In this document: in pieces, positions 43,584 through 53,601 of the stretch
How the letters are laid out: every line of letters starts with the position of its first letter
Numbering within the stretch: position 1 is the first letter of the stretch
From: Spirochaetes bacterium GWB1_27_13
GTDB taxonomy: Bacteria > Spirochaetota > GWE2-31-10 > MWDO01
Length of the DNA stretch: 56,627 nt
Direction: 5' to 3'
NCBI GenBank assembly: GCA_001829125.1
Contig: MIAN01000104.1
Location: forward strand, 1 to 56,627
Made by a program: the position numbers and the translations under genes
The notes under the pieces: model-generated
The model's database searches: none
Seen by the model: only the letters and a program-made list of their open reading frames with translations
Told to the model about the DNA's origin: nothing

Positions 43584-44107
43584 TAAGAGATGATTTATCT
43601 ATCATAATTGAAAGAAATAAAAAGAGTTATGATTATAAGTACAATTCTAAAAGGAATGACTTAGCGAATAACTCAAAAAACAATTCTTTAGACACTTTAA
43701 TTTTATACCAAAATGGGAAAGAAGTTTTTAGACATAAAAGAATGCAAACCGTATCTAACTACAACTTGTTTGACTCTTACGATGATACAATAGCACCAGG
43801 CAAATTCAAGATGAAACACTTTGTTGAAAAAAGAGCGTATACTGAAGATATTCACGGAATTTTCGACTGTTATGACATTGAAGGACAATACATCAAAGAA
43901 GACAGTACGCAAATAGATGATGGCATTAGAAAAGGAAGATACCTTGGACATAGTGACGAACACAAAGGTAAAGCAGTAGGATGTTGTTATTCTGCGGGGT
44001 GTATAATGTTTTTAGGACCAGAAAATCTTGTAGCATACAACAAAAAAGTGAGAGAACTTGGTGTAAAGGATGGGGATGTAATTTGTGGTGAGATAAGAGA
44101 GGTCTAA
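43580..44107 (+). CDS. YkuD-fold (L,D-transpeptidase-like) cell-wall enzyme, probable endolysin
   Basis: His, then 17 residues, then SAGC (LGHSDEHKGKAVGCCYSAGCIMF) fits the H-x15-18-(S/T)-x-G-C catalytic pattern. Confidence 0.45.
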   Translation: MIRDDLSIIIERNKKSYDYKYNSKRNDLANNSKNNSLDTLILYQNGKEVFRHKRMQTVSNYNLFDSYDDTIAPGKFKMKHFVEKRAYTEDIHGIFDCYDIEGQYIKEDSTQIDDGIRKGRYLGHSDEHKGKAVGCCYSAGCIMFLGPENLVAYNKKVRELGVKDGDVICGEIREV

Positions 44108-44113
44108 AATAAA

Positions 44114-44563
44114 ATGGGATATTGTACAATTGAGGATTTAAACAACTTTGTAAAAAAAGATTTTTTGATAAATAAAGCACGTAGAGATGAAGATGTTGCA
44201 GAAGAATATATTGAAAGAATACAAAAAAGTATAGAAGATGCTACAGTGGAAATTGATGGCTATCTTTCTTCAAAATATCAGATACCACTACAAGTTGTAC
44301 CTGGACATATTAAAAACAAATGTGCTGATATTGCTATCTACTATATTGTTAGTGCTAGTGGAATTGCTAAAGATTCAGAAGAATATAGTTTTATAGAAAA
44401 ATATAATAAAGCAATTAAATATCTTGAGACCGTTAGAGATAGTGAAAAAGACATTTTGAATATTAATAATACAGGTGAACAAAAACCAATTGTACAATCA
44501 AGCCCTTTTTTAAAAAATATCGAAAACAAAGATTTTAATAAGAAATTCTGGAAAGGTTTTTAA
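44114..44563 (+). CDS. Mu gp36-like head-tail connector protein (DUF1320)
   Basis: MGYCTIEDL...IEDATVEIDGYLSSKYQIPL...ADIAIYYI matches the family pattern. Confidence 0.7.
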   Translation: MGYCTIEDLNNFVKKDFLINKARRDEDVAEEYIERIQKSIEDATVEIDGYLSSKYQIPLQVVPGHIKNKCADIAIYYIVSASGIAKDSEEYSFIEKYNKAIKYLETVRDSEKDILNINNTGEQKPIVQSSPFLKNIENKDFNKKFWKGF

Positions 44564-45028
44564 TTGGGAACTGCAAAAAAGATTTTGGGAATAGATGAAT
44601 TAAAAAAGTTTATTGGTGTTTTAGAAGAAAACATGTCAGCAGATGCACGAAAAAAAGTTTTAAAAAAAATTGGGAGTAGAATCACAAACGAAGTAATACC
44701 TGACTATTTTCAAGAGAAAAAAGGACCTAATGGTGAAAAATGGGCTGATTTAAAAGACCCATACAAAGGACAAAAAATTAAGAAAAAAGGTACTACTGAT
44801 ATTCTTGTTAGTGAGGGAAAACTTCTAAGAAGTGTTGGATACAAAGAAAATGAAAATCAAGTAGTTGTTGGCGCTGGTGATGCTTCAGATGTTCCTTATG
44901 CTAGATCTCATAATAATGGTTATAAAGAAAGAAATTTGGAGGCAAGACAATTTATTGGCATTGGAGAAGAAGAGCAACAACGAATTGATGAAGAAATATA
45001 TGATTGGTGGGGAAGAGTTATTAAATGA
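44564..45028 (+). CDS. Mu gpG-like virion morphogenesis protein
   Basis: 154 aa with a TTG start. Position and C-terminal ...ARQFIGIGEEE pattern. Confidence 0.55.
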   Translation: MGTAKKILGIDELKKFIGVLEENMSADARKKVLKKIGSRITNEVIPDYFQEKKGPNGEKWADLKDPYKGQKIKKKGTTDILVSEGKLLRSVGYKENENQVVVGAGDASDVPYARSHNNGYKERNLEARQFIGIGEEEQQRIDEEIYDWWGRVIK

Positions 45029-45543
45029 AAAACATGTTTAAAGAATATTTAAAAATGATGTTATCTAAAATAATAGGGACTGAAAAAATAAAAGTATTCT
45101 ACTCTGTAAAAGATGAAGCAACGTATAAATCACCGCCATATATATCAATTCTATCAAAAAAAGCAATTCCAAAAAAAACTTTTCTAAAAGAACGCAAAGA
45201 AAATCAAACAATTTATTTAAAAACTTATGAAATTGTACAACCTATAAGACTTGTGATTGCAAGCACAAAAGAAGAAGATGTAGAAAATTGGACGGAAGAT
45301 TTTTTTTCAGAAATCGAGAGTAAACATATTTTTACAATTAATAATATACAACAGTATGTAGAGATTGAAATTGTATCTCTTGAGTATTCTGACAACAAAA
45401 GTTCTCTATCTGTTGCAAGTGCTGCAATAGACATAAACTTTATCTATGGAACTTATAAAAATAAAGAAGTACCAAAAATACAAAAAATTGAAATTAAAAG
45501 TATTTCAATTGAGGAGAGATTAAATGGAAGTAACAATGAATGA
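45025..45543 (+). CDS. tail completion-type protein (by position)
   Basis: ATGA overlap with the previous gene. 172 aa. Confidence 0.4.
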   Translation: MKNMFKEYLKMMLSKIIGTEKIKVFYSVKDEATYKSPPYISILSKKAIPKKTFLKERKENQTIYLKTYEIVQPIRLVIASTKEEDVENWTEDFFSEIESKHIFTINNIQQYVEIEIVSLEYSDNKSSLSVASAAIDINFIYGTYKNKEVPKIQKIEIKSISIEERLNGSNNE

Positions 45544-45817
45544 AAAACAAGAAACTGACATTCTTGAAGAAACAAACAATAATACAGAGGAAGCAAAGAG
45601 TATTGAAGAATCCCAATATTTCGACTTAGAAAAGTTGATAGAAGAAAAAACAAAAAATAAAACAGAAGTTTTTATTTTGCATCAATTCTTTTTGAGAGAA
45701 AATTGGCTGAAAGGTAAAAAAGTTACAAGATCAGAATTTGAAGCGAAATATTCTCTTTATTCTTCAAAGTATTTAGGTAAAAAAGAAATCATAAAAACGA
45801 ATTGGAGTAGTGAATAA
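45524..45817 (+). CDS. hypothetical protein upstream of the sheath gene
   Basis: GAGGAG RBS. 97 aa. Confidence 0.45.
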   Translation: MEVTMNEKQETDILEETNNNTEEAKSIEESQYFDLEKLIEEKTKNKTEVFILHQFFLRENWLKGKKVTRSEFEAKYSLYSSKYLGKKEIIKTNWSSE

Positions 45818-47409
45818 TGACTATTGATGTTCAAGAAATCATCATTGATGGAGTTTCTGGGCAAGTTCCAACGAAAGCAGAAAAATATATCTTTGTTGGT
45901 ACGTGTTCCAAAGGCATAGAAAATAAAATTTATACTTTTGGGAAAAACTCAGACTATAAAAAAGAACTTGGCGAAGGTAGATTAACAGATAAAATCAAAG
46001 ACTTTTTCTCTGTATTACAGGAGGAAGCAATTGTAATTGCAATACCTTCTGAAAAAGACATTGCAGGAGAAATCAGAGAAATTATTTTTGAAGGTACAGG
46101 AAAAGCAACATATACAGTAACAGGAAATAGTCTTTGTGACACAGATATTGTTATTCAAATTTTATCTGGTGGTGCATTAAATGAAGCAACGGCAAAAATA
46201 TCAATTGATGGAGGAGATAATTGGATGTCTCCATTCACAATGCCCGTTGATGGAAAAGTAAATGTAGAGATAGCAGGAATCGTAGTGACATTTGCCAACT
46301 TCACAACTCCATCTCAAAGTTTTGTAACTGGCGATAGATATTTTTTAAAAACAATATCACCAAAGAGTGGTATTACAGCATTGATAGAAGCTATTGAAGT
46401 TGGTCTTGAATTATATACACCTCGTTACGTATATGTATGTCAAGATACTGATTCGCTTCATTGGGTTACTTTTGGTATGAAAGCAGATGAACTTTTTAGT
46501 TTGCATAAACCAACATATTTTATAACAGATACTCGAGAAAAAATAGAAGCAATAAAGCGAAATGGTACTATTACAATCAGTACAAAAATAATAACAGGAT
46601 TGTCAAAAACAGATGATTTTGTTGAAGGTTGCAGTGTTACAGGTGATGGAATTCCTACAAACACGATTATTACAAAAATATTAAGTCCAACATCTGTTGA
46701 AATAAACAACAATGCAACAAAGACACAAACAATTAGTTTACTTATAAAAGAAGACATTTCAAACTATGTAAATAGTCTCGTAAAAGAAAGACAATCTTTT
46801 AGTCATAGATTTGTGGCTGTTTGTGCTGGGTATGGTGAAGTTATAGAAAAAACAGGAATTTCTCAAGTTAGAAATTACTCGGGTGTGATGGCTGGCACTA
46901 TTGCATCTGCTCGAGTTAATGAGTCAATAGGAAAAGTTAAAAAGTTTCCAATAAGCAATGTTAAACTTCCTCAGGGCTGGACAAATACACATTCAACAAT
47001 TTTAAACGATGCTGGTTTTGTAGTACTTAGAAGACTCGAAGGGCTTAACTCATTGTATTTTGCGAGAGGTAATACTTTAGCAGAAGATACATCTGACTAC
47101 AAATATATAGAAATTGTAGACACCGTTTTTAAAGCAATTCGACTTGGAAGAGTTGGTGCTTTAAAAGATTTACAGTCTGAAGGAGACTCTGCAGGTATCA
47201 CAAATGCACATGCAGAAATTATTACTGCAATATCAACAATGACATCCGCAAGTCCAAAAGAATTAGATTCTTTTGAAGTAATAATACCACCAAACCAAGA
47301 TATTGTGAATAATGGATTAGTTTTTAATTTGGTACTTTATGGAATACCTATAATAAAAAATATGAAACTCAATTTCATGTTCAAATACGCCAACCCTTTT
47401 GAGGAATAA
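45817..47409 (+). CDS. contractile tail sheath protein
   Basis: 530 aa, followed by a tube-sized gene, a chaperone and the TMP. Confidence 0.8.
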   Translation: MTIDVQEIIIDGVSGQVPTKAEKYIFVGTCSKGIENKIYTFGKNSDYKKELGEGRLTDKIKDFFSVLQEEAIVIAIPSEKDIAGEIREIIFEGTGKATYTVTGNSLCDTDIVIQILSGGALNEATAKISIDGGDNWMSPFTMPVDGKVNVEIAGIVVTFANFTTPSQSFVTGDRYFLKTISPKSGITALIEAIEVGLELYTPRYVYVCQDTDSLHWVTFGMKADELFSLHKPTYFITDTREKIEAIKRNGTITISTKIITGLSKTDDFVEGCSVTGDGIPTNTIITKILSPTSVEINNNATKTQTISLLIKEDISNYVNSLVKERQSFSHRFVAVCAGYGEVIEKTGISQVRNYSGVMAGTIASARVNESIGKVKKFPISNVKLPQGWTNTHSTILNDAGFVVLRRLEGLNSLYFARGNTLAEDTSDYKYIEIVDTVFKAIRLGRVGALKDLQSEGDSAGITNAHAEIITAISTMTSASPKELDSFEVIIPPNQDIVNNGLVFNLVLYGIPIIKNMKLNFMFKYANPFEE

Positions 47410-47422
47410 GGAGATTTAAAAG

Positions 47423-47881
47423 TTGATAAATGGAAAAGTATTCTCACACGAAGATATTTCAGTAGTTTGTAATAAAATGGGTTTTATCTTTGGAGTAAAA
47501 AAGATTGATTTTTCTCACAAAAAACCAAGTAAAGCAGTTTACGCTTTAGGTAGTGCAAAAGCTATCGCATATGTAAGAGGTAAATTCGAAGGCAATGGTT
47601 CTTTAGAAATCCTTTTAGAAACTTGGACACAGGTTACTGCTGCATCAAAAGTTGAAGATGGGTTATATAAAATGAAACCTCAAGCAACAAATATTGTTGT
47701 TAGTTTTGCAAACGATGAAGAACCGCCGATTGGCTTTATGCTTATGCAAATTGCTTTTGATGGTTTTAGTTTTGGTTCTACAGATGACGGAGAACAAACA
47801 ATAAAATTGGATTTTAATATACTTGGTGGAGTAAAAGATGTAACAGCAAGCGGACTACATGATCCTGCTGGGATGTTATAA
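47423..47881 (+). CDS. tail tube protein
   Basis: 152 aa with a GGAG RBS and a TTG start. Called by position. Confidence 0.7.
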   Translation: MINGKVFSHEDISVVCNKMGFIFGVKKIDFSHKKPSKAVYALGSAKAIAYVRGKFEGNGSLEILLETWTQVTAASKVEDGLYKMKPQATNIVVSFANDEEPPIGFMLMQIAFDGFSFGSTDDGEQTIKLDFNILGGVKDVTASGLHDPAGML

Positions 47882-47893
47882 GAAAGGGAATAA

Positions 47894-48097
47894 ATGTTTC
47901 ACGAAAAAAAAATAAAAGAATTAAAAAATAAAATTGAAAGTTTACCAAATAACAAAAAAGCACAAGCAGAAAGAGTCATTCTTTCAATCGAAAGCATTAA
48001 AGAATTAATTAATGAAACAACGTTCAACAATACAAATAAAACAGAATGCTTGAAACATTTAAATGAAGCATCTGATTTTTTTATAAGAAGTTTATAA
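47894..48097 (+). CDS. hypothetical small protein
   Basis: 67 aa with an AAGGGA RBS. Confidence 0.4.
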   Translation: MFHEKKIKELKNKIESLPNNKKAQAERVILSIESIKELINETTFNNTNKTECLKHLNEASDFFIRSL

Positions 48098-48109
48098 GAA
48101 AGGGAAAAT

Positions 48110-48760
48110 ATGAATAAAAACAAAGAAATACCACAAATCGTAATAGACGCAAAAAATAGAGGAAGAAAAATTATAAAATTGTCTAATAGACTTGGTGATT
48201 TTTATTTTGCTAAACTCACCAAACCAGAAGTAAGAAGAGTTATATCTTCTGCTGGAAATAGTAGAGAGAAATTCTCCGCTTTGATGAAAAATCAAATAAA
48301 AAAATCTATCATTTATCCAAAAGTAGAAGAATTTGAAACTTTATTAAAAAACAAACCAGGTCTTTTCGCTCCTATGTACTCTGAAATTTTGGACAAGACT
48401 GGAATTTCTGAAAAGTTCACTGTTGAAGCAGTGAGTTTGACAGATGAAATTTTGCCAGAAATGGTAAAAGGACATATCGAAAACGGAATTGAAGTAGTGA
48501 AACTTTTCAATGAAAAAGAAACTTTCTATTTTGAAAAACTTCAAAGTGAAACAATTGAGACAACTCTTGATACAATGACTAAAGACAAAAAAGAATATGT
48601 TACTTTTGTTGAAAGTAACATAATGAAAAACATTATTATTTCAGACAAAGAAAACTTTGCGAAAATAACTGAAGATAGACCTGGTTTACCTTTTGCACTG
48701 TTCAACGAACTCATGGCAGAAACAGGACTTACAGACTCTTTTTTAGCAGAAGAGATATAG
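48110..48760 (+). CDS. tail assembly chaperone (short, zero-frame product)
   Basis: Located immediately upstream of the TMP. Internally duplicated about 100-aa module (..NKPGLFAPMYSEILDKTGISEKF.. / ..DRPGLPFALFNELMAETGLTDSF..). Confidence 0.65.
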   Translation: MNKNKEIPQIVIDAKNRGRKIIKLSNRLGDFYFAKLTKPEVRRVISSAGNSREKFSALMKNQIKKSIIYPKVEEFETLLKNKPGLFAPMYSEILDKTGISEKFTVEAVSLTDEILPEMVKGHIENGIEVVKLFNEKETFYFEKLQSETIETTLDTMTKDKKEYVTFVESNIMKNIIISDKENFAKITEDRPGLPFALFNELMAETGLTDSFLAEEI

Positions 48761-49038
48761 AACTAAGCACTCGTGAGGGTGCTTATTGGGCTATATCTCT
48801 AATTAACAACTCAATCGAAAAAAAACTAAAAACTTACAAAAAAGATTTTCAAGAAAGTTTGTTAAAAAAAATGAGGGTAAAAGTCAAAACTTTTATACCT
48901 CATTCCAATACTGAAAAAATGAAAATCGATGATCTGTGTCAAAAATATGTAGAAGCAGAAATGATAGAAGAAAACTGGTTTAATTTGATTGCTTTTGCAG
49001 TGAATAAGGGATTTAACGGAAACAATAACGATGCTTGA
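48110..49038 (+). CDS. tail assembly chaperone, predicted -1 frameshift product
   Basis: Slippery heptamer T_TTT_TTA at 48739-48745 in the zero frame. The -1 frame is open from 48679 to the TGA at 49036-49038. Confidence 0.6.
48739..48745 (+). other. programmed -1 ribosomal frameshift site
   Basis: X_XXY_YYZ heptamer TTTTTTA. A 6-bp hairpin lies at 48765-48784. Confidence 0.6.
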
Positions 49039-51622
49039 TAAACTTTTTGGTGTTGGCGTAATAATAAATTTAATCGATAAATTCTCAAATCCAATGGAAA
49101 AAGTAGTCTCATCAGTGAACTCACTTGAGAGAGCGAACGAAACTATTTCAAAGTTTTCTCATGGACTCATTGGTGTAGGGACTGCTGGCATTATTGCAGG
49201 TGCAGGTTTTGTTTCTGCTGCTGGCAAGATGGAGGGTTATCTAAGTCAACTTGAAGTCATGCTTGGAGATACTGAGTTAGCTAAGCAAAGACTAAAAGAA
49301 CTCGATACTTTTTCAGACATAGCACCATTTGACCTAGACAATGTTATTGAATTTGGCAACTCTTTACAAACTGTTGGCAGATACTCAATACAAATGATGA
49401 CCGACTTAGGAGACTTAGCAGCTGGTGCAAGAAAACCTTTAGATCAAGTTGGAAATGCTATAAAAAAACTCAACTCTGGACAAAAAGGCGAAGCATTGAT
49501 GATGTTTCAAGACTTGTTAGTCACAAAAGCAGATTGGAACAAAGCACTTGGGAAAGATGTTGCTGAGGCAACTGTTGAAGAAATGATGAACTCCATACAT
49601 ACTGTAATAAAAAATAAAAACTTTTCTGGTATGATGGAAAAGATGTCTAAAACCTTTGAAGGCTCAATGTCAAACCTTCGAGGTTCTGTATTGCGATTTG
49701 CATCTGTTTATGGAAAAGTATTTTTAGAACCGACAAAAACTGTTGTAAACTCAATAACTTCTATTTTGAATGCTTTAGCAAAGTGGGGAGACGCTCATCC
49801 TATACTTTCTTCTATTATAATGGGATTTCTTGGGACTGTCACTATATTGTTAGTCCCACTTGGATTATTATTACTATTATATACTAATATTTCAAAAATA
49901 AAGACTACTCTAATAACTAATGCAGGAATGTTAAAAAAATCTTTTTCAATGCTTACTACTTCTTTGTGGCAAAATGTAACTGCAACTGCTGCATTCCAAA
50001 ACGCACAGATGGCAATGTGGACGGCTCAAGGTATGGGGATGGGTAAAATGTCATCGACGATATGGGGAATAAAAGCATTTTCTCAAACACTGTTGAAGCA
50101 AGCAATACCTGCAGTCCTACGATTTACTGCTGCATTATTAACAAATCCTCTTACATGGATTATTGTAGGTGTAGTAGCATTAGCTGCTGCAATATATTCA
50201 CTCAATAAGCATTTTGATATTATAAAAGATAGTTGGAATAATCTTATTAATCCATTAAAAAACGAACTAAAAATACTAAAAAATACTTTCCTTGAGGCTT
50301 TTAGTCCTTTGAAAGATTTCTTTAAAAATATTTTTGGTGGGGCAACAGATAAATTTGACGACTTTGTGTATTGGGTAAGTTTTGGTTTTGGTTTCTTATT
50401 TGGAATAGTAACAGGATTTTGGATAATTGTTTTAACTAGTTGGTTAAAAGGAATAAATACTTTTATAGGTTCGTTTAAAAGTGCTTTCAAGAAATTTGGT
50501 GACGGAGATATAATAGGTGGATTAATAGATATTTTTTCAGCACCATACAAAACAATAGAAGTGACATTCAAATCACTCTTTGATAGAATTCCAAAATATG
50601 CAAAACCTTTATTTGTTTTATTTGGGCATTTATTTTTACCTATAATCGCTTTAAAAAATGCAGTTTTATCTTTTTTTGAATCAATACAAACTGGTATTGA
50701 AAAAATAAAAAAAGGAAATATTTTAGGTGGCATTTTTAATATAGCCTCATCTGGTATCAAGGCAGTTTTTTCTATTTTAGTAGAACCTTTTAAAATGTTT
50801 TATAGATTTGTAAAATCTATTTTTGATTGTCTACCAAAACCAATTCAAGATAAAATATTAGCAATAAGAAGTTTCTTTTTTAAAACAATTTTAAATATAA
50901 GAGATTTTTTCTTAAATATCCCAAGTTTTATAAAAAATGGTTTTGAAGCAATAATTCCAGTTATAGCCAAAATTATTGAAAAAATAATAAAAAAAGTATC
51001 ACAAATAAAAAATTATTTATTTGATTTTTTTGGAGGGAAAATAAAATCTGCAATGGGAAGCGTTGACTCTCTATTAAAAAACATTTTTGGTAACAATCAT
51101 ATATCATTTAAATTTAATTTAAATGATATTAAAACTGGGATTAAATCAATTTGGAAAGTGATAACAGAAACATTCAAAATTGAAAATTTGATAGGTGGTT
51201 TAAAAGGTCTTGGAAATATTTTCATAGCACCAATTAACGGACTTATTGCAGGTCTTAATAGTATCAAAATTGATTTCCCTAAATGGCTTCCTGGCGTTGG
51301 TGGTCAAAGTTTCGGCTTCAACATAAAACCAATACCTGCGTTTGCAACAGGGGTAAGAAATTTTGGTGGTGGGCTTGCATTAGTTGGCGAAAAAGGACCA
51401 GAACTTTTACATTTATCAAAAGGCACAAATGTTTACACCAACAAAGAAACTAATCAAATTTTAAGTAAAAAAAACAATAACACAAATAACTCAAAAACAA
51501 CCATAAATAAAAACACAAAAATTGAAGTAAATATAAAAGCGTCAGATTTAGACGACTTAAACTCAATAAAACGATTTCTAATGATGTTAGAAAAAGAAGG
51601 GAAAGAAATATATGCAATTTAA
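49031..51622 (+). CDS. tail tape measure protein
   Basis: 863 aa, helical with hydrophobic central segments. Follows the chaperone pair. Confidence 0.8.
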   Translation: MLDKLFGVGVIINLIDKFSNPMEKVVSSVNSLERANETISKFSHGLIGVGTAGIIAGAGFVSAAGKMEGYLSQLEVMLGDTELAKQRLKELDTFSDIAPFDLDNVIEFGNSLQTVGRYSIQMMTDLGDLAAGARKPLDQVGNAIKKLNSGQKGEALMMFQDLLVTKADWNKALGKDVAEATVEEMMNSIHTVIKNKNFSGMMEKMSKTFEGSMSNLRGSVLRFASVYGKVFLEPTKTVVNSITSILNALAKWGDAHPILSSIIMGFLGTVTILLVPLGLLLLLYTNISKIKTTLITNAGMLKKSFSMLTTSLWQNVTATAAFQNAQMAMWTAQGMGMGKMSSTIWGIKAFSQTLLKQAIPAVLRFTAALLTNPLTWIIVGVVALAAAIYSLNKHFDIIKDSWNNLINPLKNELKILKNTFLEAFSPLKDFFKNIFGGATDKFDDFVYWVSFGFGFLFGIVTGFWIIVLTSWLKGINTFIGSFKSAFKKFGDGDIIGGLIDIFSAPYKTIEVTFKSLFDRIPKYAKPLFVLFGHLFLPIIALKNAVLSFFESIQTGIEKIKKGNILGGIFNIASSGIKAVFSILVEPFKMFYRFVKSIFDCLPKPIQDKILAIRSFFFKTILNIRDFFLNIPSFIKNGFEAIIPVIAKIIEKIIKKVSQIKNYLFDFFGGKIKSAMGSVDSLLKNIFGNNHISFKFNLNDIKTGIKSIWKVITETFKIENLIGGLKGLGNIFIAPINGLIAGLNSIKIDFPKWLPGVGGQSFGFNIKPIPAFATGVRNFGGGLALVGEKGPELLHLSKGTNVYTNKETNQILSKKNNNTNNSKTTINKNTKIEVNIKASDLDDLNSIKRFLMMLEKEGKEIYAI

Positions 51623-52262
51623 AAAAAATGAATATCCTATTTTATTAAAAGGAGAATCTGGAGAAAATGTAACTCTCCCTGGTATAATAACAGGCATTTC
51701 AGTTGGAGGGAAAATACTCTATGAGAGACACGAAAAAGAAAGCTCTCATCAAAACAAAGCTGCGATAGTTTTGGGATTTGACCCCAAAACAGTAAAAATC
51801 AGTCTAAAACTAATAGACCAAGATTTTGCGTATGAGGAAGGTTCAACTACTTTTAGGAAAGGGAAAAAATTTATAAAAGGAGTAACGAATTTTACAACAA
51901 AAAAAGGAAAAACAGCATATCAACAATTAGAAGAATTAGAAAAACTTTTTGAGAAAGGAGATACTCCAGAGATTTGGACAATAGTATCAGAACACACAAA
52001 AGCAAGAAATATTTCTCAAACGATTTTCGCATCTTTTGACAGTCAAGAAGATGATGAGTATGATAATATCATCTACGTTGACTTGGAGTTTACTGAGTTT
52101 CAACCAGTAAAATATGAAAAATTCACTCAAGATGAATATCTGAAAGTGCAAGAAGAAAAGAAGAAAAAAGAATCTATCTCGAAAAATGGTTTTGTTGATG
52201 GAGATAATTTAGGATTAAAACAATATGGACTTGACAGAAACAGCTTGACGGATGGGAACTAA
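51612..52262 (+). CDS. tail/baseplate-associated protein (by position)
   Basis: 216 aa, overlapping the TMP end. Confidence 0.4.
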   Translation: MQFKKNEYPILLKGESGENVTLPGIITGISVGGKILYERHEKESSHQNKAAIVLGFDPKTVKISLKLIDQDFAYEEGSTTFRKGKKFIKGVTNFTTKKGKTAYQQLEELEKLFEKGDTPEIWTIVSEHTKARNISQTIFASFDSQEDDEYDNIIYVDLEFTEFQPVKYEKFTQDEYLKVQEEKKKKESISKNGFVDGDNLGLKQYGLDRNSLTDGN

Positions 52263-52949
52263 ATGAACGTAAGAAGAGTAAAATCAAAATTATTATTAAA
52301 TAACAAAGAAATTAGTCAAGGGTTTAATTTTGTAGTAATAAAATCAATCAATGTTATAGAAGATACTGCTTACATAGAAATACAAAAGCCTTATTCTAAA
52401 ACAAATAAACTCGTTTTAAATAAGAAAGATAAAATAAAAATAATGATGAGTACCAATGAAACATTGACTTTGATTTTTGAAGGTGAAATTGACAATATAC
52501 AAGAAACAAACAATTTCTACAAAATCAATTGTTATAATAATGTTTTGTTGGAAAACACTCTTTTTACAACATTTGAAAACTTGCAAGCATCACAGATATT
52601 CACAAATATTTGTGATGTCAACTATCAAGCAACAGATACACTACTTGAGAGTTTTATTGCAGAAGGCACAAAAAAGAAATCTTTGTATAACCTAATATAC
52701 ACAATAAAAGAGATTTTGAAAACGCCTTTTTATTTTTACAATGAAAATAACATTGTTGTTATAAAAAATCAATTAGATGGAAATGTACATCTAATTGATG
52801 ATGTAATAAGAAAAGTTAATTTGGACAAACTTACTATATTTCCAATAAAAGAAATTCGGTTAGGTGATTCAGTTGTATATAACAACACTAATTACAAAGT
52901 TGTTGGCATTCAATATACTCAAAGAGAGATGGTTTTAACAGTTGGATAA
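52263..52949 (+). CDS. baseplate hub-type protein (by position)
   Basis: 228 aa, located between the TMP-proximal gene and the gpV-like gene. Confidence 0.35.
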   Translation: MNVRRVKSKLLLNNKEISQGFNFVVIKSINVIEDTAYIEIQKPYSKTNKLVLNKKDKIKIMMSTNETLTLIFEGEIDNIQETNNFYKINCYNNVLLENTLFTTFENLQASQIFTNICDVNYQATDTLLESFIAEGTKKKSLYNLIYTIKEILKTPFYFYNENNIVVIKNQLDGNVHLIDDVIRKVNLDKLTIFPIKEIRLGDSVVYNNTNYKVVGIQYTQREMVLTVG

Positions 52950-53601
52950 TAACATTTTATATAATGCGATAAGAAATATAATCGAGAAGTTTTATAAGTT
53001 TCCCATTTCTGCAAAAGTAATAAAAAATTACACAGAAAACGGAAAATACTATATCGATTGTCAAGAAGTTGGACTTGATAATTCTGTTATAAAAAATATT
53101 TACCCAAAAGTCAGAATACCAAAAATTTGGGGTAGTACTACTGGTGGAGTTTTTTGTAATCCGTCAGTAGGGACAGAAGTAATCATTGGTTTTAGAAATG
53201 GCAATAAAAATTTTCCATATATCCAAAACGTAATGGGCAGTGAGTTTGATACAGAGAGAGCAGAAAACGAGTTAATCATTATTCAAAATCAAACAGTATT
53301 AAAAGTTAAAGACCAAAAAGTAGTAATTAAAATTGGTGAAACTTCAAGTTTTGAGATAACAAATAACTCTATAAAACTTGGTGGTGACGAAGCAGTAGAA
53401 CCAATACTTAAAGGAAATAAAACAAAAATAGAGTTAGAAAAAATAAAACTTGCTTTAGATATTTTACAAAAGACGTTCATTAGTTGGACTCCTTCACCAC
53501 AAGACGGAGGGGCTGCATTAAAAGGAGCAATAACAGGATTTACTAGTTTACCTCTCCCAAATTTTTCTGAAATAAACTCTACTTATGGGAGTGTGAAATG
53601 A
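52942..53601 (+). CDS. baseplate spike/assembly protein V-like
   Basis: GTEVIIGFRNGNKNFPYIQNV OB-fold-type motif. Confidence 0.5.
   Translation: MDNNILYNAIRNIIEKFYKFPISAKVIKNYTENGKYYIDCQEVGLDNSVIKNIYPKVRIPKIWGSTTGGVFCNPSVGTEVIIGFRNGNKNFPYIQNVMGSEFDTERAENELIIIQNQTVLKVKDQKVVIKIGETSSFEITNNSIKLGGDEAVEPILKGNKTKIELEKIKLALDILQKTFISWTPSPQDGGAALKGAITGFTSLPLPNFSEINSTYGSVK

Noticed and set aside
47876-47896. TTATAAGAAAGGGAA repeated before the starts at 47894 and 48110.
   Set aside because: It is explained as similar stop-plus-RBS contexts of adjacent small genes. No further structure was seen.
50083-50760. 225-aa minus-strand ORF. Similar long antisense ORFs occur at 26058-26426, 26666-27169, 41483-41884, 28837-29187 and 46458-46757.
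   Set aside because: All lie wholly inside and antisense to well-supported phage genes. They have no RBS and low-complexity F/I/S/K-rich products. Long shadow ORFs are expected in AT-rich DNA.
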